DNA of 64,000 nt from Eledone cirrhosa (Eukaryota): contig OZ024743.1 in NCBI GenBank assembly GCA_964016885.1, positions 150,784,001 to 150,848,000 of the forward strand, read 5' to 3'. The notes below the pieces were generated by a model that was given only the letters and a program-made list of their open reading frames with translations, was not told the origin of the DNA and searched no databases. Shown here in pieces: positions 14,901-30,246 of the stretch. Numbering within the stretch: position 1 is the first letter of the stretch; the number at the start of each line of letters is the position of its first letter. The translations under genes and the position numbers were made by a program.

Positions 14901-16344
14901 GCATAGAAAACAACCATAAAATTATGATTTGGGTTTAATTTCAGGTGAAAAGTTTCATTATGCTACTTAGTTTTTAGTTCATTAAAAAACTTTTGAAGAT
15001 TATAATACATATTTCAGAATTTGTTTAATTTAAGGATTGTTAGCATTTATAATGCTTTAGAGAGTAAGCTTAGCTATAATAACTTCAATAAAGAATTTTG
15101 TCATAAAATCCACTTTACAGCTTTGCACCATTGCCAACAAAAAAAAATTATATTCCAGTGACCTAGGAAAAACACAATGTTGTACATTGTAGCAAATTTA
15201 CTGCTGGATCTGCCAAAAGGGAACTTCCATGGAGCATCTCAATTCTAGTGTATAACTACTATTTTATAAAATAATGGAAAACCAATTTTATACTGCATTC
15301 AAAGCTATAACTGCAACTTAATGAACAAATAATGAACACACAATAATTTCCGCATATCATAAAAAGTTTATTTTTTATCTTGTTTAATATCAGCTAAGAG
15401 AAACTTCTAATGAAAAAATTAACTTAAAATAAAAACATTACGTGCTACTCCTTTACAAGCAATTACACAGCTGTTTAAATTAGTATTTATAATATTTAAG
15501 AACATATTTTCAAAGAATACATTAAAGGAGGAATTAAAATCATTAAGTAATAATTGAAAATATAAGAGAAAGTAAAAACAGTTTTAGTTGACATCCACCA
15601 TCAAATTCTACCTACTGTATAAATTTTCATGAAAATCATTCTTCAAAGAGCTTTAATCATTTTATTTCAAACAATGATCCAAACATCTAAAGAAAATTAC
15701 AAACATAAATGAGGTCATAAAAACAATATTTCCATGGAATTAATTTTTTCTTTAATTTTATTTTTATTTTGTGTTTATATAACTATAGTCATTATTACAT
15801 TTTTGTGGCAAAATTACATCACACTTTTTAAACATAGCTTTCTAAATAATTGACTAATAAAGAAATCAGAAAGCAACTCTAATTTTCTTTCTCATCTTCT
15901 CTTTTATTTTATGAAAGTGTTCAAAATTTAATAGTTCAAAATGAAGAAATCAGGAAAAAAAAAGACAAATTATGCTCAAAATTTGGAATCTTATTTCCTT
16001 CATTTACATTTATAAATTTCAACAGTAAAACATGATATTTATTTTATTTGGCTATATTTTTAACATCATTTTAAAATCAAAATTAATTTATTTACAATAA
16101 CTTCCAACTTAGTTTGTATAGATTTTAACATTTAGAAAATATCTTCAGAAAGAAAATTAAGCACCATGTTTTCAGACAAGAGTTTCAGAGCCTAAAAAAC
16201 TGAGATAATTTTCGGGATTGGATTAAAAATATAGCTTCTAAAATATATTATGATTTGCAATATAATAACACAGTTGATATATTTTTATCTTAACACCTGT
16301 CAAATGAACAACCCATTTTTATATTTATTTATATGGCTCTCTCA

Positions 16345-16630
16345 TAGTTGTGTGGTTAAGTAATTCACTTCACAACCATGTGATTTCTGACTGAAGTCCA
16401 CTGCATCAGACTTTCAGCAAATGTCCTTTATTATAACCTCAATGCTTTGTGAGTGAAATTTGGCATATGAAAACTGTGCCAGAGCCCTTCATACATACAC
16501 ATATATGTGTATATCCATGTCTTTGTTTACAACTTAGCAGTTCAGGAAACAACTATCAGTAAAATATGTACTAGACTTGAAAAGAATGCACTGGGGTTGA
16601 TATGGTTGACTAAAACTTTAAGGTAATGTA
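16345..16630 (+). mobile_element. Decayed tRNA-derived SINE
   Basis: tagttgtgtggttaag A-box-like head, degenerate B-box, internal (TA/CA) repeat and a tail shared with other SINEs here. Confidence 0.55.
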
Positions 16631-16726
16631 GTTGAAATGTTTGATTTGAAGACTTGTACTTCAACAATAGATATATTTTATAGTACATTCATATTATTCA
16701 GAAACCTGTTGCTTGGCACGTCTATA

Positions 16727-16768
<42 letters not shown>

Positions 16769-18409
16769 ACGCATGCGTGTGTGTGTGTATTTGTCTGTGT
16801 GTGTAAGTGTGTGTACAAATTTATTAAAAATAAGTTAATATAAAAAAAAAGTCATATTGTGTGCATTGTAAATAGTTGATTTATTGTGTTCATTTTCAAT
16901 AAATCACATAAATTATTTCTCTACAAAGCTAATGTATTTCAGTGAAAGAATTCAATTGAATTATTAAGCTTCAGGGAAGCCTTTATTCTTCCTTTCAAGT
17001 ATGTAGGTTCACTACATAAACCATCATTGACTCGGCACTTTCAGAATGTAAAGCCTTTAAACAGGCAGCCCATAAGTTGTTGGGGTCCTCATTGGGTTAT
17101 ATCCCTTTCTGATGAATGACAGAAATTGTTATTGTTGTTATTAAGCTCTTGGTAAGTCTATTCCAGCCATAACCATGCCACCATGCCATCTTTTTCCTAT
17201 GTACAAGGAACCCAGCACTACATTATCCAATGTCTTCTTTTCTAATCTGGTGGGCTAGGGTTTGTAGGAGATTTAGCTGATATTTCTAGCAGATCAAGTG
17301 ATCACATAAAGGCTCACCACAGCTGGATGTCCTTCCCCTCACCAACCACTTCACAAGGGGGCAGCAGTTAGGAATGGGGGGGGGGGGATATGAAGCTTAT
17401 GTGGTGAGGGTGGTGTAGTGATATTGAGAATAGCTTTTAGTGAGTGCGAGTGAAAGGGAGGGGACATGGGGTGTAGGTCAGGCTACATTGTATGTTAAAG
17501 ACATGGCAGCCTCTCTAGTGTTTGATGATCTACATGATAAATGCACAAGCTGTAAAGTGGTTTATGATAGGAAAAGCATCCAGCCTAAGATAACTTGCCA
17601 AAAAACGGCTAGGATGACCCCTCGGTCATGTCAAGGACATGACAGCCTTTTCTGCCAACACAGTAAAGTGTGAGACCATACATAAGCGAAGGTTTGTCTG
17701 GAAGATCAGTAGCCTTGCTTCAGTACTGACTTTTTCTATGTAGACTCATCCAAACCTTTCTAGCAGGGAAAGTGAACTTTTAAAAAAATGATAATGATGA
17801 TGATTATGATGATGAAATGTATGTATATAACAATGAAGTAGGTTGGCATTTGCCTCATTTATTTGTTATGCATATTTCAATGGTAACCGTTATGTAAGAG
17901 TTAGGACTTCATCAGACAGCTATTGCATGGACAGAAAGTTACATGAATAAAGATGACATGAACAAAATGACATGAACAAAAATAAAGAGAAAAACTACTC
18001 ATACTGTTACTATTCAGTGATATGCCACTGGCAGGTTATCTATGTTGCTCCTTCAAAACCCTGCTGACATATGAGTTAGTATTAACCTCACATCATCCTC
18101 ACAAAGGGTGTAAATGACACCAAGCTATTGGTTGAAGATAGTTCCAGCCTACATCCTCCTAGCCTTCCTGAATTCTCCAGTGGTACCAAAGTCTGAGATT
18201 GTCCACACAACCAATTTGCTCACTGTTACTTCAAAAATTACTTGTCATATGATGGTTAATACTCTAATTAGATCAGCATTCTAAACTTTTTTGTAGGTTA
18301 AAAATAAAGAACTGATATATCCTGCTTAAAATCTAAATTTGTATTCTGTTTAAAATCTGATATTGTTTAAAAATGCTAGTTAGTAAAGATTTCTAATTTT
18401 AATCAATAC

Positions 18410-19850
18410 ATATCATCATCACCATTTAATGTCCATTTTCCATGCTAATATGGGTTAGACAAGTTGCTCTGTTGTGAGACCAGCCAGGTCTTGTGACCAT
18501 GACTTGCTCATACAGCACTGGTTTTTCTTGGTTTCTATGGCTAGATGCCTTTCCTAACACCAACCATATCTACAGTGTGGGCTGGATGCTTTTTGTCATG
18601 TCACCTACATTACCACTTTACAGTGTGGGCTGGGTGTTTTTTGTTGTGCCACCTACACGATGACTTTTTATTGTGGGCTGGGCACTTTTTATCATGATAC
18701 CTAACTGACCACTTTACAGTGTAGGCTAGGGACTTGGGAGGGAGGGGATTGCCAAGGCAGATCTAGAGGCATGTGTGAGGGGGCAGGTTGTTCAGGCATA
18801 GGTGGAGTGTTAGGCCGTGAGATGTGCAAAAGGGAGAGGGACATGGCCGGGATAGAGTTGGTAGGGTGTGGAGGTGTATGAAACGGGGAGGGGAAGGTGT
18901 GCATACAAGATATCTTCTCCAACATGTGCACATGGGAAGGTGGGTCTTCTGTATTACTTCATAATGCCAGGGATCTTGATCCTGTATCATCACCTTTGAG
19001 AGGTGCAATTGTGCAAGGTCAGCTTTTATCACCTCATCTCAAGCCTTCTTAAGTCTTCTTACACTGTAGCTTCCATCAACCTTGAGCTTCCTGCACCTTT
19101 TTATACAGTTGTCATCCTTCATATGCACATCACATTTTGATCCCAGCACATTTTCCTCTCCTGCACACTGCATCTGATTCTTCTTATGCCCAGTTTCTCT
19201 CTCAGTTCATTTATGTTTTGCCTTTCATATACATTACACATCCATCGAAGCATGGAGCTTCATTTCTTTCCAATCTTCATAGGTCCTCCTCACACAGCAT
19301 CCAGGCCTCACTGCCATGCAGCATCTCGGCACCTATCCCAGAAAGTCCAGTTGCTTTGCCTGTCTTCATATCCTTAACTGCCTTACTTACTATTTTACTA
19401 CTGATATGTACCGCCGGTCCCTCTGTTGGGATTACTTGGGGCAAACTATCTTCTTTTCATGCATTCTCCTCATTCAGTAATCTTTCATAATAACACTTCC
19501 ATCCTACCTTCTTTTCAGCATCAGTGAGTGCAAATGCACCATTACTATCTCAGACACAATTTTCCCTGACACACTGTCTCACAATCCTGAACACCTTATG
19601 CCTTTGGTCCTCACATTGTAGAACATATTTAAATTTCTTATTTTCTGCTTGCCTTCTTGCAAAGTATACCTGTTGCCTAGCTTCTCTCCTAGCATCCTGG
19701 TAGTGCTCTCTACTTCCCCCATTCTGCCATTCTTTACTTACTTGTCTTTTGGCCTTAATTGTCTCCTCCACTTTACTGTTCCACCATCAAGTCACTCTAC
19801 TTCTCCATTAAGACTTACTATAACCACAGATTTCATTTGTCGAAATGTAT
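18410..19850 (-). mobile_element. RTE LINE fragments (3'UTR, C-terminus and an internal linker segment)
   Basis: (TCA)n tail at 18412; homology to 47950-48730; ORF 19550-19771 (IKAKRQ..KEWQNGGSREHYQDARREARQQVY). Confidence 0.75.
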
Positions 19851-20159
19851 GAAAATGATTACCTTAAAAACCTACATTAAATGAATTCAAATATAAAAGC
19901 TATATTGATAGGTAGCTTTTCAGTTTAGACATACAAAGAGAAAATTCAAAATTCCTAAGCTACAAATTTTCTGAAATTACTCCAAAAATATACTGATTGT
20001 AGAATTATAACAAATCCATAGATATACCATTTATCCTTTCCATTACCATATTTCTAATGTAAGAAACTGCCTATAATTTTGAATTTACTAAAATAACACA
20101 ATTTCTCATTATTAAACTAGTGGTTGGAACATAATGAAAGTTCTTACATAAAATTATAA

Positions 20160-20470
20160 TTGTTTCTACTTTTGGCACAAGCCCAGTAATTACCCAGTCT
20201 ATTACTGGTACTTTATTTTATCGACCCTGTAAGGATGAAAGGCAAAGTTAACCTCGGCGGGATTTGAACTCAGATCATAAAGGGACGTAACTCTATGCTT
20301 CAAAGCATGGCGTCCGACTTACATAAAATTATAATGGTCTCTGATTTAGGCACAACGCCAACAATTTTGGGGGAGGAGAAAGTCGATTAAATCAACCCCA
20401 ATGCATTACTGGTACTTTATTTTATCGACCCCATAAGGATGAAAGGCAAAGTTAACCTTCGCAAGATTTG
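20160..20470 (-). mobile_element. Two adjacent tRNA/Nin-domain SINE copies
   Basis: Both contain actggtactttattttatcgaccc..aggatgaaaggcaaagttaacc (reverse complement of a Nin/Deu-like core). The first has the B-box reverse complement ggatttgaactc. Confidence 0.75.
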
Positions 20471-20795
20471 AAATTATAATGAATATAAACACTTTACAGC
20501 AAACAGTTTTGTATCATAGCATGAAGGGTGGTTTCAGCTAGTTTTGTATTAAAAGGTTTAAATAAATTACTTATTATACTAGACCTAAAAGACAAACAAC
20601 CTCATTTTAATCATATGAAATATTTGTATTATATAAAAAAAAATATTATTATAATTGTCTTCTATAATAGTCAATATGTTTTCTTATTGGAAAAGTGTCA
20701 AATAAAATTAGCTCTTGCAGCAAGTTCTTGTAAACATTAGCCACTTATTATTACCTAGAGATGATAGCACCCTAAAATTAATTGGATATGTGGTA

Positions 20796-20828
<33 letters not shown>

Positions 20829-20829
20829 G

Positions 20830-20871
<42 letters not shown>

Positions 20872-21769
20872 CGTTTACAAACATATGCAAATGTATATAA
20901 GTGTAAATATACACATATGCATGCACAAACATATGTGTGTGTGTGTGTTGGTGTGCATGTTTGCGTGTATGTTTACAGCAGACAGATCTGAAGCGGAAGA
21001 TCCTTAGGCTGTGATCATAGAATTTTGTTGTGTACACATATATACACACACACCCTCATTTCTGCCACCACCACCACACATATTATATACATGCATACAA
21101 AGATTTGATGCAAGCATAGCCATGGAATGTTTTTTTAATTAAAATAGAAATAGAAATCATTATAACTACAGAACTAATATTCAATGGTCTTTCTCTAAGT
21201 GTTCAGTTATGAATGACACATTTTTTTTTCAACTACAGAAATAAAAATAAATCTTAAGCAAACTCTTTTTTAAATTATTTTGTCTGGTAGAGTACGTTTA
21301 AATAATCAAAATAGAAATAATTTGCCAAATGGTTTGTCTTGAGGTAAATTTAATTATTATATAAAATAAGCTACAAGGAAGACTGTTCATTGTAGTCATT
21401 TTGTTTTGCATCTATCATGAAAGTAAAGGGAATATTTATTATAAAAATGCATCCATTTTTATATCAGATCAATATCATATAGGTTTTGAAAATATATCTT
21501 GATCTAATATGAAATCATATATGAGTTGATGACTGTAAATATTTCTATGGTACTAATGTTCAAAATTAGACGTCAATATTTCCTATATATGCAGCAAAAA
21601 TAAAAAGAAAAAACAATCAAATTCTGCACCCTTAATTGAATAACATGTCTTAGCTACACCCCATGAATATAATGGCAAAATTGGAAGGTTGTAGCTAAAG
21701 ATTCTGTTGATTGTATTTTTATAATTTGAAGGTTAATGTTATAATGGAGTTGCTTATTTATATATTTAG

Positions 21770-22140
21770 CCAAACAAGGTCTTTGGAGTATCATTACTTG
21801 ATAAAGTGCGTAACTTGGAGATCAGAAAGTCACTCCTGGTAGAACCGATACTTCTCCGAATTGAAAGATCACAGTTCTGATAACATGGTCATGTGATTAG
21901 AATGTCTCAGGAAAGAATCACAGGATAGATTTTACGAGCAAAACCAACAGGTAGGAGACCCAGGGGTAGACCCTGAGCAAGATGGTTAGATAACATCCAT
22001 AAACTTGGCTGGTCTTGCTTGAGGATCCAGCTGGATCAGTTGGAGATGGTTGCTTTTGGCAGGACCCGATAGAGGGAGTGTTTGAGAACTCGGCCTCCAT
22101 GACCCACTCAGGAATAAGTGGGCAAAGAAGAAGAACTAAG
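21770..22140 (+). mobile_element. 3' fragment of a second RTE family with (AAG)n tail
   Basis: Encodes KPTGRRPRGRP; close match to 62350-62745. Confidence 0.8.
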
Positions 22141-22599
22141 AAGCAATGCTTTTTGATGCTATCTTTATGACGTTAAATTTCTGTGTTGAGTTTGGTAATT
22201 AAGAGCATGGGAGTCTCTTTTTAGAATTATTAGTATAGGTTAGGCATGTGTTTTAATTGGGTACATATATACAAACAGGTATATATGGTGCACAACAAAC
22301 ACTTGCATGAATATCCATCCACATGCAGAATACAAGTGTAGGTATAAGTGTACCAGTGCACATAAATGAAATCAAATTATTACATATACATGCATGCATA
22401 CCTACCTGAACACAAACACACACACACATATGTATAATAGATCAAGATTCAAGTTAAGATGTGTTTTTTTCTCCATTCTGTTTTCCATTTTGTATACATA
22501 CGTATATAAATATATATGTGTCTGTGCGTGTGTGTAAGTAAAAGGCTAACAGAAATAACAAAGCAAACAACACAGTACAATGAAGAAATATATTACGTT

Positions 22600-24761
<2,162 letters not shown>

Positions 24762-25139
24762 CCCATGGTAGCGTGGAAAGTGGACGTTAAACGAGGAGGA
24801 GGATGATGATGATGATGATGATGATTATATATATATATCAGTTTACTCAGCTGTAGAAATGAGATGATAGGGTCCCTATCATTCAACTACAAAGTGGTCG
24901 TGGAGGTGCCACGGCAAAAAAGAACCCACCACTCACTGTAAATGAGGTTGGTGTTAGGAAGGGCATCCACCTGTAGAAATCAAGCCAGAATCAGTTCCCG
25001 TCCCACCCTTGCAAGCAGGGAGAAAGCGGACGTAAAATGAAATGATGATGATGATGATATATATATATGTATAAATATATATATATGGAAAAGCGGACGT
25101 AAAATGATGATATATATATATATATATATATACACATTA

Positions 25140-27541
25140 CACCATGTAACAAAAAAAAATGTTCTCTGTTCCTGGCTTGTAATCACTTTTTTGTGTTGTT
25201 TAGGTCCCAAATAAATAATTAAAAAAGTGCTATTAAACAGTTAAAAGTTTGGGTTTGTAAAAATTCTAAGCTATTCACTAGAATTATTTGTATGCTGGAT
25301 TTTACGTTGTATGTAAGTTTAATTTGCTTATGTTAAATGATTTTTTTTATTTGCTTATGTTAAATGATTTTATATGTTTCAAGTTAAATTAAAATTATAA
25401 AATAAAGAGTAATTATAAATAAAGAAAATTATAAAAGTGCAATAAAGTATAAAATTGTTAAAAAGTGGATTAAAGAAATTTATTGATACTGGATTTTCGC
25501 ACCCTGAATAAAGGGTAAGTTGTGTTTTAAGCACGAATTTTCATTAGTATGATTAGTGTTCTTTTATATTATTTAAATATGTATTTCCCTTTCCAATATT
25601 TATTTTGTATTGCATATCAAATTTATTTTGTAACCACCCTGACTCTTTCTGTTTTATATGCGGTGAGTATATAAAGAAGAGAGGCAAAAAATTCACCTTG
25701 GAAACATCGGTGAAGGTTTGTACAGAAGTACTTTGGGATGCCAGTTGGGGACCAGGACAAGCCCTGGGGCCCTCACTACTGTTGTGAGCACTGTAAAAAG
25801 ACGCTGGAAGGGTGGCTGCAAGGTGATAAAAATTCCTGAAATTTTCCAACCCACGGGTCTGGTTAGAGCCAACAGACCACGCCACAAACTGCTTTTTTTG
25901 CATGGTGGATGTTAGCAGGCGGCGGAAAGGAAAGAATGCTGCTGATGTAGATTATCCAGATCTTCCATCATCAATTGCTCCAATTCCTCACTGCTCCAAA
26001 TCTCCCGTGCCAGTGCCACCTGCTCCAGATGAAGTCCAAGACAAGTATTCTGATGAAGAGGAGGAGATGGATGCTGAGGACTTGAATTACCTGCCTGAGG
26101 TACCAGAAAAAGTTCCTCACTTCCCAAACCAAAAAGAAGTCAATGATTTGGTCAGGGATATCGGTCTGACCAAGTCCAAATCAGAGCTATTCATCTCCAG
26201 GATGAAGCAGTGGAACTTGGTCAAGGAGGAAGTGCAGGTGACAAGTTAGAGAAGTCGACACAAATCTTTCTCAGGCTTTTACACTCTTAGGGATGGCCTC
26301 TGCTTCTGCCATGACGTGCCTGGACTTTTGACGTTATTGGGGTGCTGTTTGTGCCCAATGAGTGGCAGATATTTATAGACAGCTCCACCACAAGTTTGAA
26401 GGCTGTCCTCCTCCACAATGGAAACAAGTTCCCGACACTGCCCCTAGCTCATTCAGTCTGCCTGAAGGAAGATTACTACAGTGTGAAAGTCCTCTTGGAA
26501 GCTCTGCAATACAACCAGTACAATTAGGAAAACATTAGAGACTTCAAGATGGTGGCTTTCCTGCCTGGACTCCAAGGAGGCTTTATCAAATTCCAATGCT
26601 TCCTCTGCCTTTGGGACAGCAGAGCCACCTCTGACCACTCCAAAAGAAAGAACTGGGAGCAGCGAACAGAATTTGTAGTTGGGACCCGGAACGTCATGTG
26701 GGAGTCACTGGTTGATCCCAGGATTGTGCTCATGCCGCCACTGCACATTAAGTTGGGGTTGATGAAGCAGTTTGTGAAGGCTCTCAACCAAGAATCAGCC
26801 GCTTTTAAGTACCTTCTTGAGTTCTTCCCCAAGTTATCTGAGGCCAGAATCAAAGGTGGGATTTTTGTTGGACCTCAGATAAAGAAGCTGTTTGAGTCTA
26901 TCCAGTTCTCCAATAAGCTCAATAAGATTGAGAAAACAGTATGGAACTGTTTCAAGGCAGTTGTTAAGGGCTTCCTGGGCAACTACAGAGCTGAAAACTA
27001 CCAGTTCAGGATCTGATACAGGCTTTTGGCGCCATGGGATGCAGGATGTCGCTTAAACTCAATATGCTGGACGCTCACCTGGAAAAATTCAAGGACAATA
27101 TGGGCGCCTACTCAGAAGAACAAGGCGAATGATTCCACCAAGATGTGAAAGAGATAGAGCGGAGGTACCAGGGCCACTACAACGAAAAAATGATGGGGGA
27201 CTATATCTGGGGGCTAGTGTGGGAATGCGACCTGGATTACAACTGCAAATCCAGGAAATCCAGTGTATATGTTACTTTATAAGTGTTATTTGTTTTTACT
27301 TGTTTGCTTTTGATAAGCTTGTGTAATAAAATAAATATATACTCTGTTGATGTAATTATATGAACTGATAAATTTTTAAAAAATGTGTTTTTTCTTGAAA
27401 AATATGAAAATTTCGAAATATCAAACTGCTGACCACAAACCCAAACTTCTGATTAAATAATAGTGTTTTTAATAATAATGGGATATGACAAACCAGGAAA
27501 TGATACTTAGAACCAGGGAACAAAAAATATGTTACACGGTG
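25140..27541 (+). mobile_element. Chapaev3-like (CMC superfamily) cut-and-paste DNA transposon, full length but decayed
   Basis: Termini CAC...GTG with imperfect TIRs caccatgtaaca..tgttc..cctgg and ccagggaaca..tgttacacggtg; an internal transposase pseudogene. Confidence 0.8.
25605..27270 (+). pseudogene. Chapaev3-like DDE transposase, broken by frameshifts and stops
   Basis: Motifs CNHPDSFCFICGEY, GDQDKPW, YPDLPSSIAPIPH, VNDLVRDIGLTK, FIDSSTTSLKAVLLHNGN, CFLCLWDSRA, PPLHIKLGLMKQFVKAL, GIFVGPQI and SEEQGE*FHQD, spread across ORFs 25605-27016 and beyond. Confidence 0.85.
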
Positions 27542-27574
<33 letters not shown>

Positions 27575-27586
27575 GGAACCAGTAAG

Positions 27587-27680
27587 ACCCCGACAGCTGA
27601 GCTCAAGCCGTTTCGACGGCTAATTCTGGACTAAATGAAAATTTATCCTGGTATTTAAATAGCCGATCTTCTCAAGGGGT
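27587..27680 (-). ncRNA. Type I hammerhead ribozyme (U3-A8 variant), inverted-arm copy
   Basis: Exact reverse complement of 29968-30061. Confidence 0.85.
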
Positions 27681-28773
27681 AATTCCATATATGGTCAAAG
27701 TGATTGTCAAAAATCAGTAGTAATTCTGTGGTTGCAAATTAGTAGGGGAGATGGTGGCTAAACCTGCCAGTAGGAGAAAGAGGGGAGGGGTGGAGTAGAC
27801 CCAATCAAGCGATGGTAGTGCCAGCTACAGCTGGGCATGAGGTCAAAGAAGATACAGGGGAGGGGGAGGGGGAGGAAGTCGGAACGGTAGGTAGAACAAT
27901 GGGGGGTAGAAATATAGGAAGGAAAAAATACTGAGAGTGAAGAAAGCAAATAAGTGTAAAGAAAAAAGTAAAGTAAATTAAATTCTACGACCTAGGTGTC
28001 AGGCTATTGTTAGGCTAGAATAAAATAAAGAAAGAAAGAAAGAAGTAAAGAAAGAAAGAAATAAAGAAATAACGAAATAAGTAAAAGAACTAGGTGGGAC
28101 GGAATAGGCAAAGACCCTTTTAAGAGGTATAAGTACGTAAATGATACGGTGGCGGGTCAACAAAAGGGGCCAAAATACTAAAGAGACTACCACGAAATAA
28201 ACAATAAAGGTTTCCATCCCGGGCCAGCAACGACCCAGTGCAGCAAAGTGAACTTGTACGAGATAATAATTCTGAGTCCCGAGAAAAATATATACTAATG
28301 CTAACTCTAAAAGATCTAAAACAAGCTACATGAAAGTTCGTACGAAATAAAGGTAGAATACGGAGAAATAAAATCAGAATCCACCCCGCCCAGAAGAAAA
28401 GCGAAGCAAGAAATACTGAAACGAAAAAATAAGGCATAAATGCCACTAAGAAATATAGAGGGCACAGAGAATAGTGGGAGCGGTCGGAAAGAGGGGGCAA
28501 GTATCCGGGGTCTAAGCCAACTGCTATAAAGGGCGGAGTCCGCCAAATCTATCATAGACTAGGGGAGGGGTGGTGGGGGTACTAAGGCTACATGGGGCCA
28601 AAGGGCAGCCTCAGGTGGGCGAGAAAAGACGCCGACAAAGGAGAAGAGCTGGGGTAGAAAGACAAAGGAGAGAGGGGGAAGGAAATAAAGGAAGCGATAA
28701 AAGAATACAAAGAAGATCTTACGTCTTCCTTGGCAAGCAGGGGTTACCCATTGCAAAATCGGCAAGTGGGGTG

Positions 28774-29748
28774 CTATAGCCCTAGTCTACCCCCCCCCCC
28801 CCCCCCCGGGTCATTATGGGGTTTGAGGGCGAGGTAAGTCCTACACAATCTATGTTTACATGCAGTAACCAGTTCATCTTTCTTGTTTAGGAGTTGGTCC
28901 GTCGAAAACAGCATTTGTAAAGTTTCCTCCGAGCATAAATTGCACGGACGGCGTCCTCCCGTGTAAGAATTGGCTCTGGACAGTAATCTCCAAGTGAGAT
29001 CATAGGTGATGTTGTTGTCCTTGAGGTCCCATATGTGGCCCGAAAGTGTAGTGGCGTGACGCCGGGCCGGGTTTCGGAAGGTATGTCTATGTTGGTATAG
29101 CCGGGTCTTGAAGTCACATGCGGTAAGTCCTATATAGGCTTTGTTGGAGGTATCCGTCCTCACGTTGCACTGGTAGATCACATTACGGTCTCTGCATCTA
29201 TTGTCGAGTGGGCAAATAGATCTATCCGGGCAGTTACACCTCCTGGTCGGTTCTCCACTGCTATTTAGGTTATTTCTGCCATCGGGGTTGAGTTTTTTGT
29301 TGTTAGAGGAGACGATGTTTTGTGCGAAGTTTGGTGTAGTGCTGTAAGAGAGTTTAATGGTATTTTTGTTAATTATGTTGTGGTAGCGGTGTTGTAATGG
29401 GAAGTGTTTTTCAATGAGCCTAAAGAATAGTTTCCCGATGGGAGTAGTCACCTCTGCGTTGTGGGGAGGATTGAACCATGTTACATTGCGTGAGCGGCGG
29501 TGTCTCCTGCTGGTTCCGCTAATGGGAGCTGGACAGTAGGATATTTCCTCCCGGAAACCACTCCGCTTGAGGGCCTGGTTGTAATAAGGCGCATGTTCAT
29601 CGAATATCCGCTCATTAGCTGACAAACGGGATATGCGGAGGGAGATGTTTTTGACCAGGTTGTTTGTGATGTTCCTAGGATGGTTTGATCGGCGGTGGAT
29701 GTAGTGCAGATTGTCATTAGGTTTCCTTCCTATATTTCTACCCCCCAT
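28774..29748 (-). CDS. Chimeric ORF: RT thumb and GIY-YIG endonuclease of the inverted arm, with an ATG supplied by the antisense pseudo-LTR
   Basis: ORF 28774-29835 has its first ATG at 29748 (MGGRNIG|RKPNDNLHY...). The rest is identical to the + strand protein. Expression is unknown. Confidence 0.45.
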   Translation of the reverse strand: MGGRNIGRKPNDNLHYIHRRSNHPRNITNNLVKNISLRISRLSANERIFDEHAPYYNQALKRSGFREEISYCPAPISGTSRRHRRSRNVTWFNPPHNAEVTTPIGKLFFRLIEKHFPLQHRYHNIINKNTIKLSYSTTPNFAQNIVSSNNKKLNPDGRNNLNSSGEPTRRCNCPDRSICPLDNRCRDRNVIYQCNVRTDTSNKAYIGLTACDFKTRLYQHRHTFRNPARRHATTLSGHIWDLKDNNITYDLTWRLLSRANSYTGGRRPCNLCSEETLQMLFSTDQLLNKKDELVTACKHRLCRTYLALKPHNDPGGGGGGRLGL

Positions 29749-29967
29749 TGTTCTACCTACCGTTCCGACTTCCTCCCCCTCCCCCTCCCCTGTATCTTCT
29801 TTGACCTCATGCCCAGCTGTAGCTGGCACTACCAACGCTTGATTGGGTCTACTCCACCCCCTCCCCTCTTTCTCCTACTGGCAGGTTTAGCCACCATCTC
29901 CCCTACTAATTTGCAACCACAGAATTACTACTGATTTTTGACAATCACTTTGACCATACATGGAATT

Positions 29968-30061
29968 ACCCCTTGAGAAGATCGGCTATTTAAATACCAG
30001 GATAAATTTTCATTTAGTCCAGAATTAGCCGTCGAAACGGCTTGAGCTCAGCTGTCGGGGT
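29968..30061 (+). ncRNA. Type I hammerhead ribozyme (U3-A8 variant, long stem II), 5' pseudo-LTR
   Basis: Stem I ACCCC/GGGGT; core TTGAGAA (29973-29979); stem II GATCGGCTA/TAGCCGTC with an inner GGATAAAT/ATTTAGTCC hairpin; GAAA (30034-30037); stem III CGGC/GCTG around palindromic TGAGCTCA; GUC cleavage after 30056. Confidence 0.85.
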
Positions 30062-30246
30062 CTTACTGGTTCCTATTACCCACTCTACTACCTCAAGTAT
30101 TGAGTACTTTGGTGCGTTATGGTCCACCTGGTTCCTTACCACATTTCCTTCGTTATCTAGCTCCTACTCCCGTAGTAGAGCACTTTCCGACCCTACCACG
30201 CCCTATCCAGACTTTTCCGCTAAGCTCAATTCATTTCACCTGCACC

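Noticed and set aside
17105-17135. CTGATGA...GAAA motif
   Set aside because: No stem II or stem I can be formed.
27758-28779. Multiple hydrophobic ORFs here and their mirrors at 32404-33425
   Set aside because: Spurious frames in the pyrimidine-rich PLE 3'UTR, duplicated only because of the inversion.
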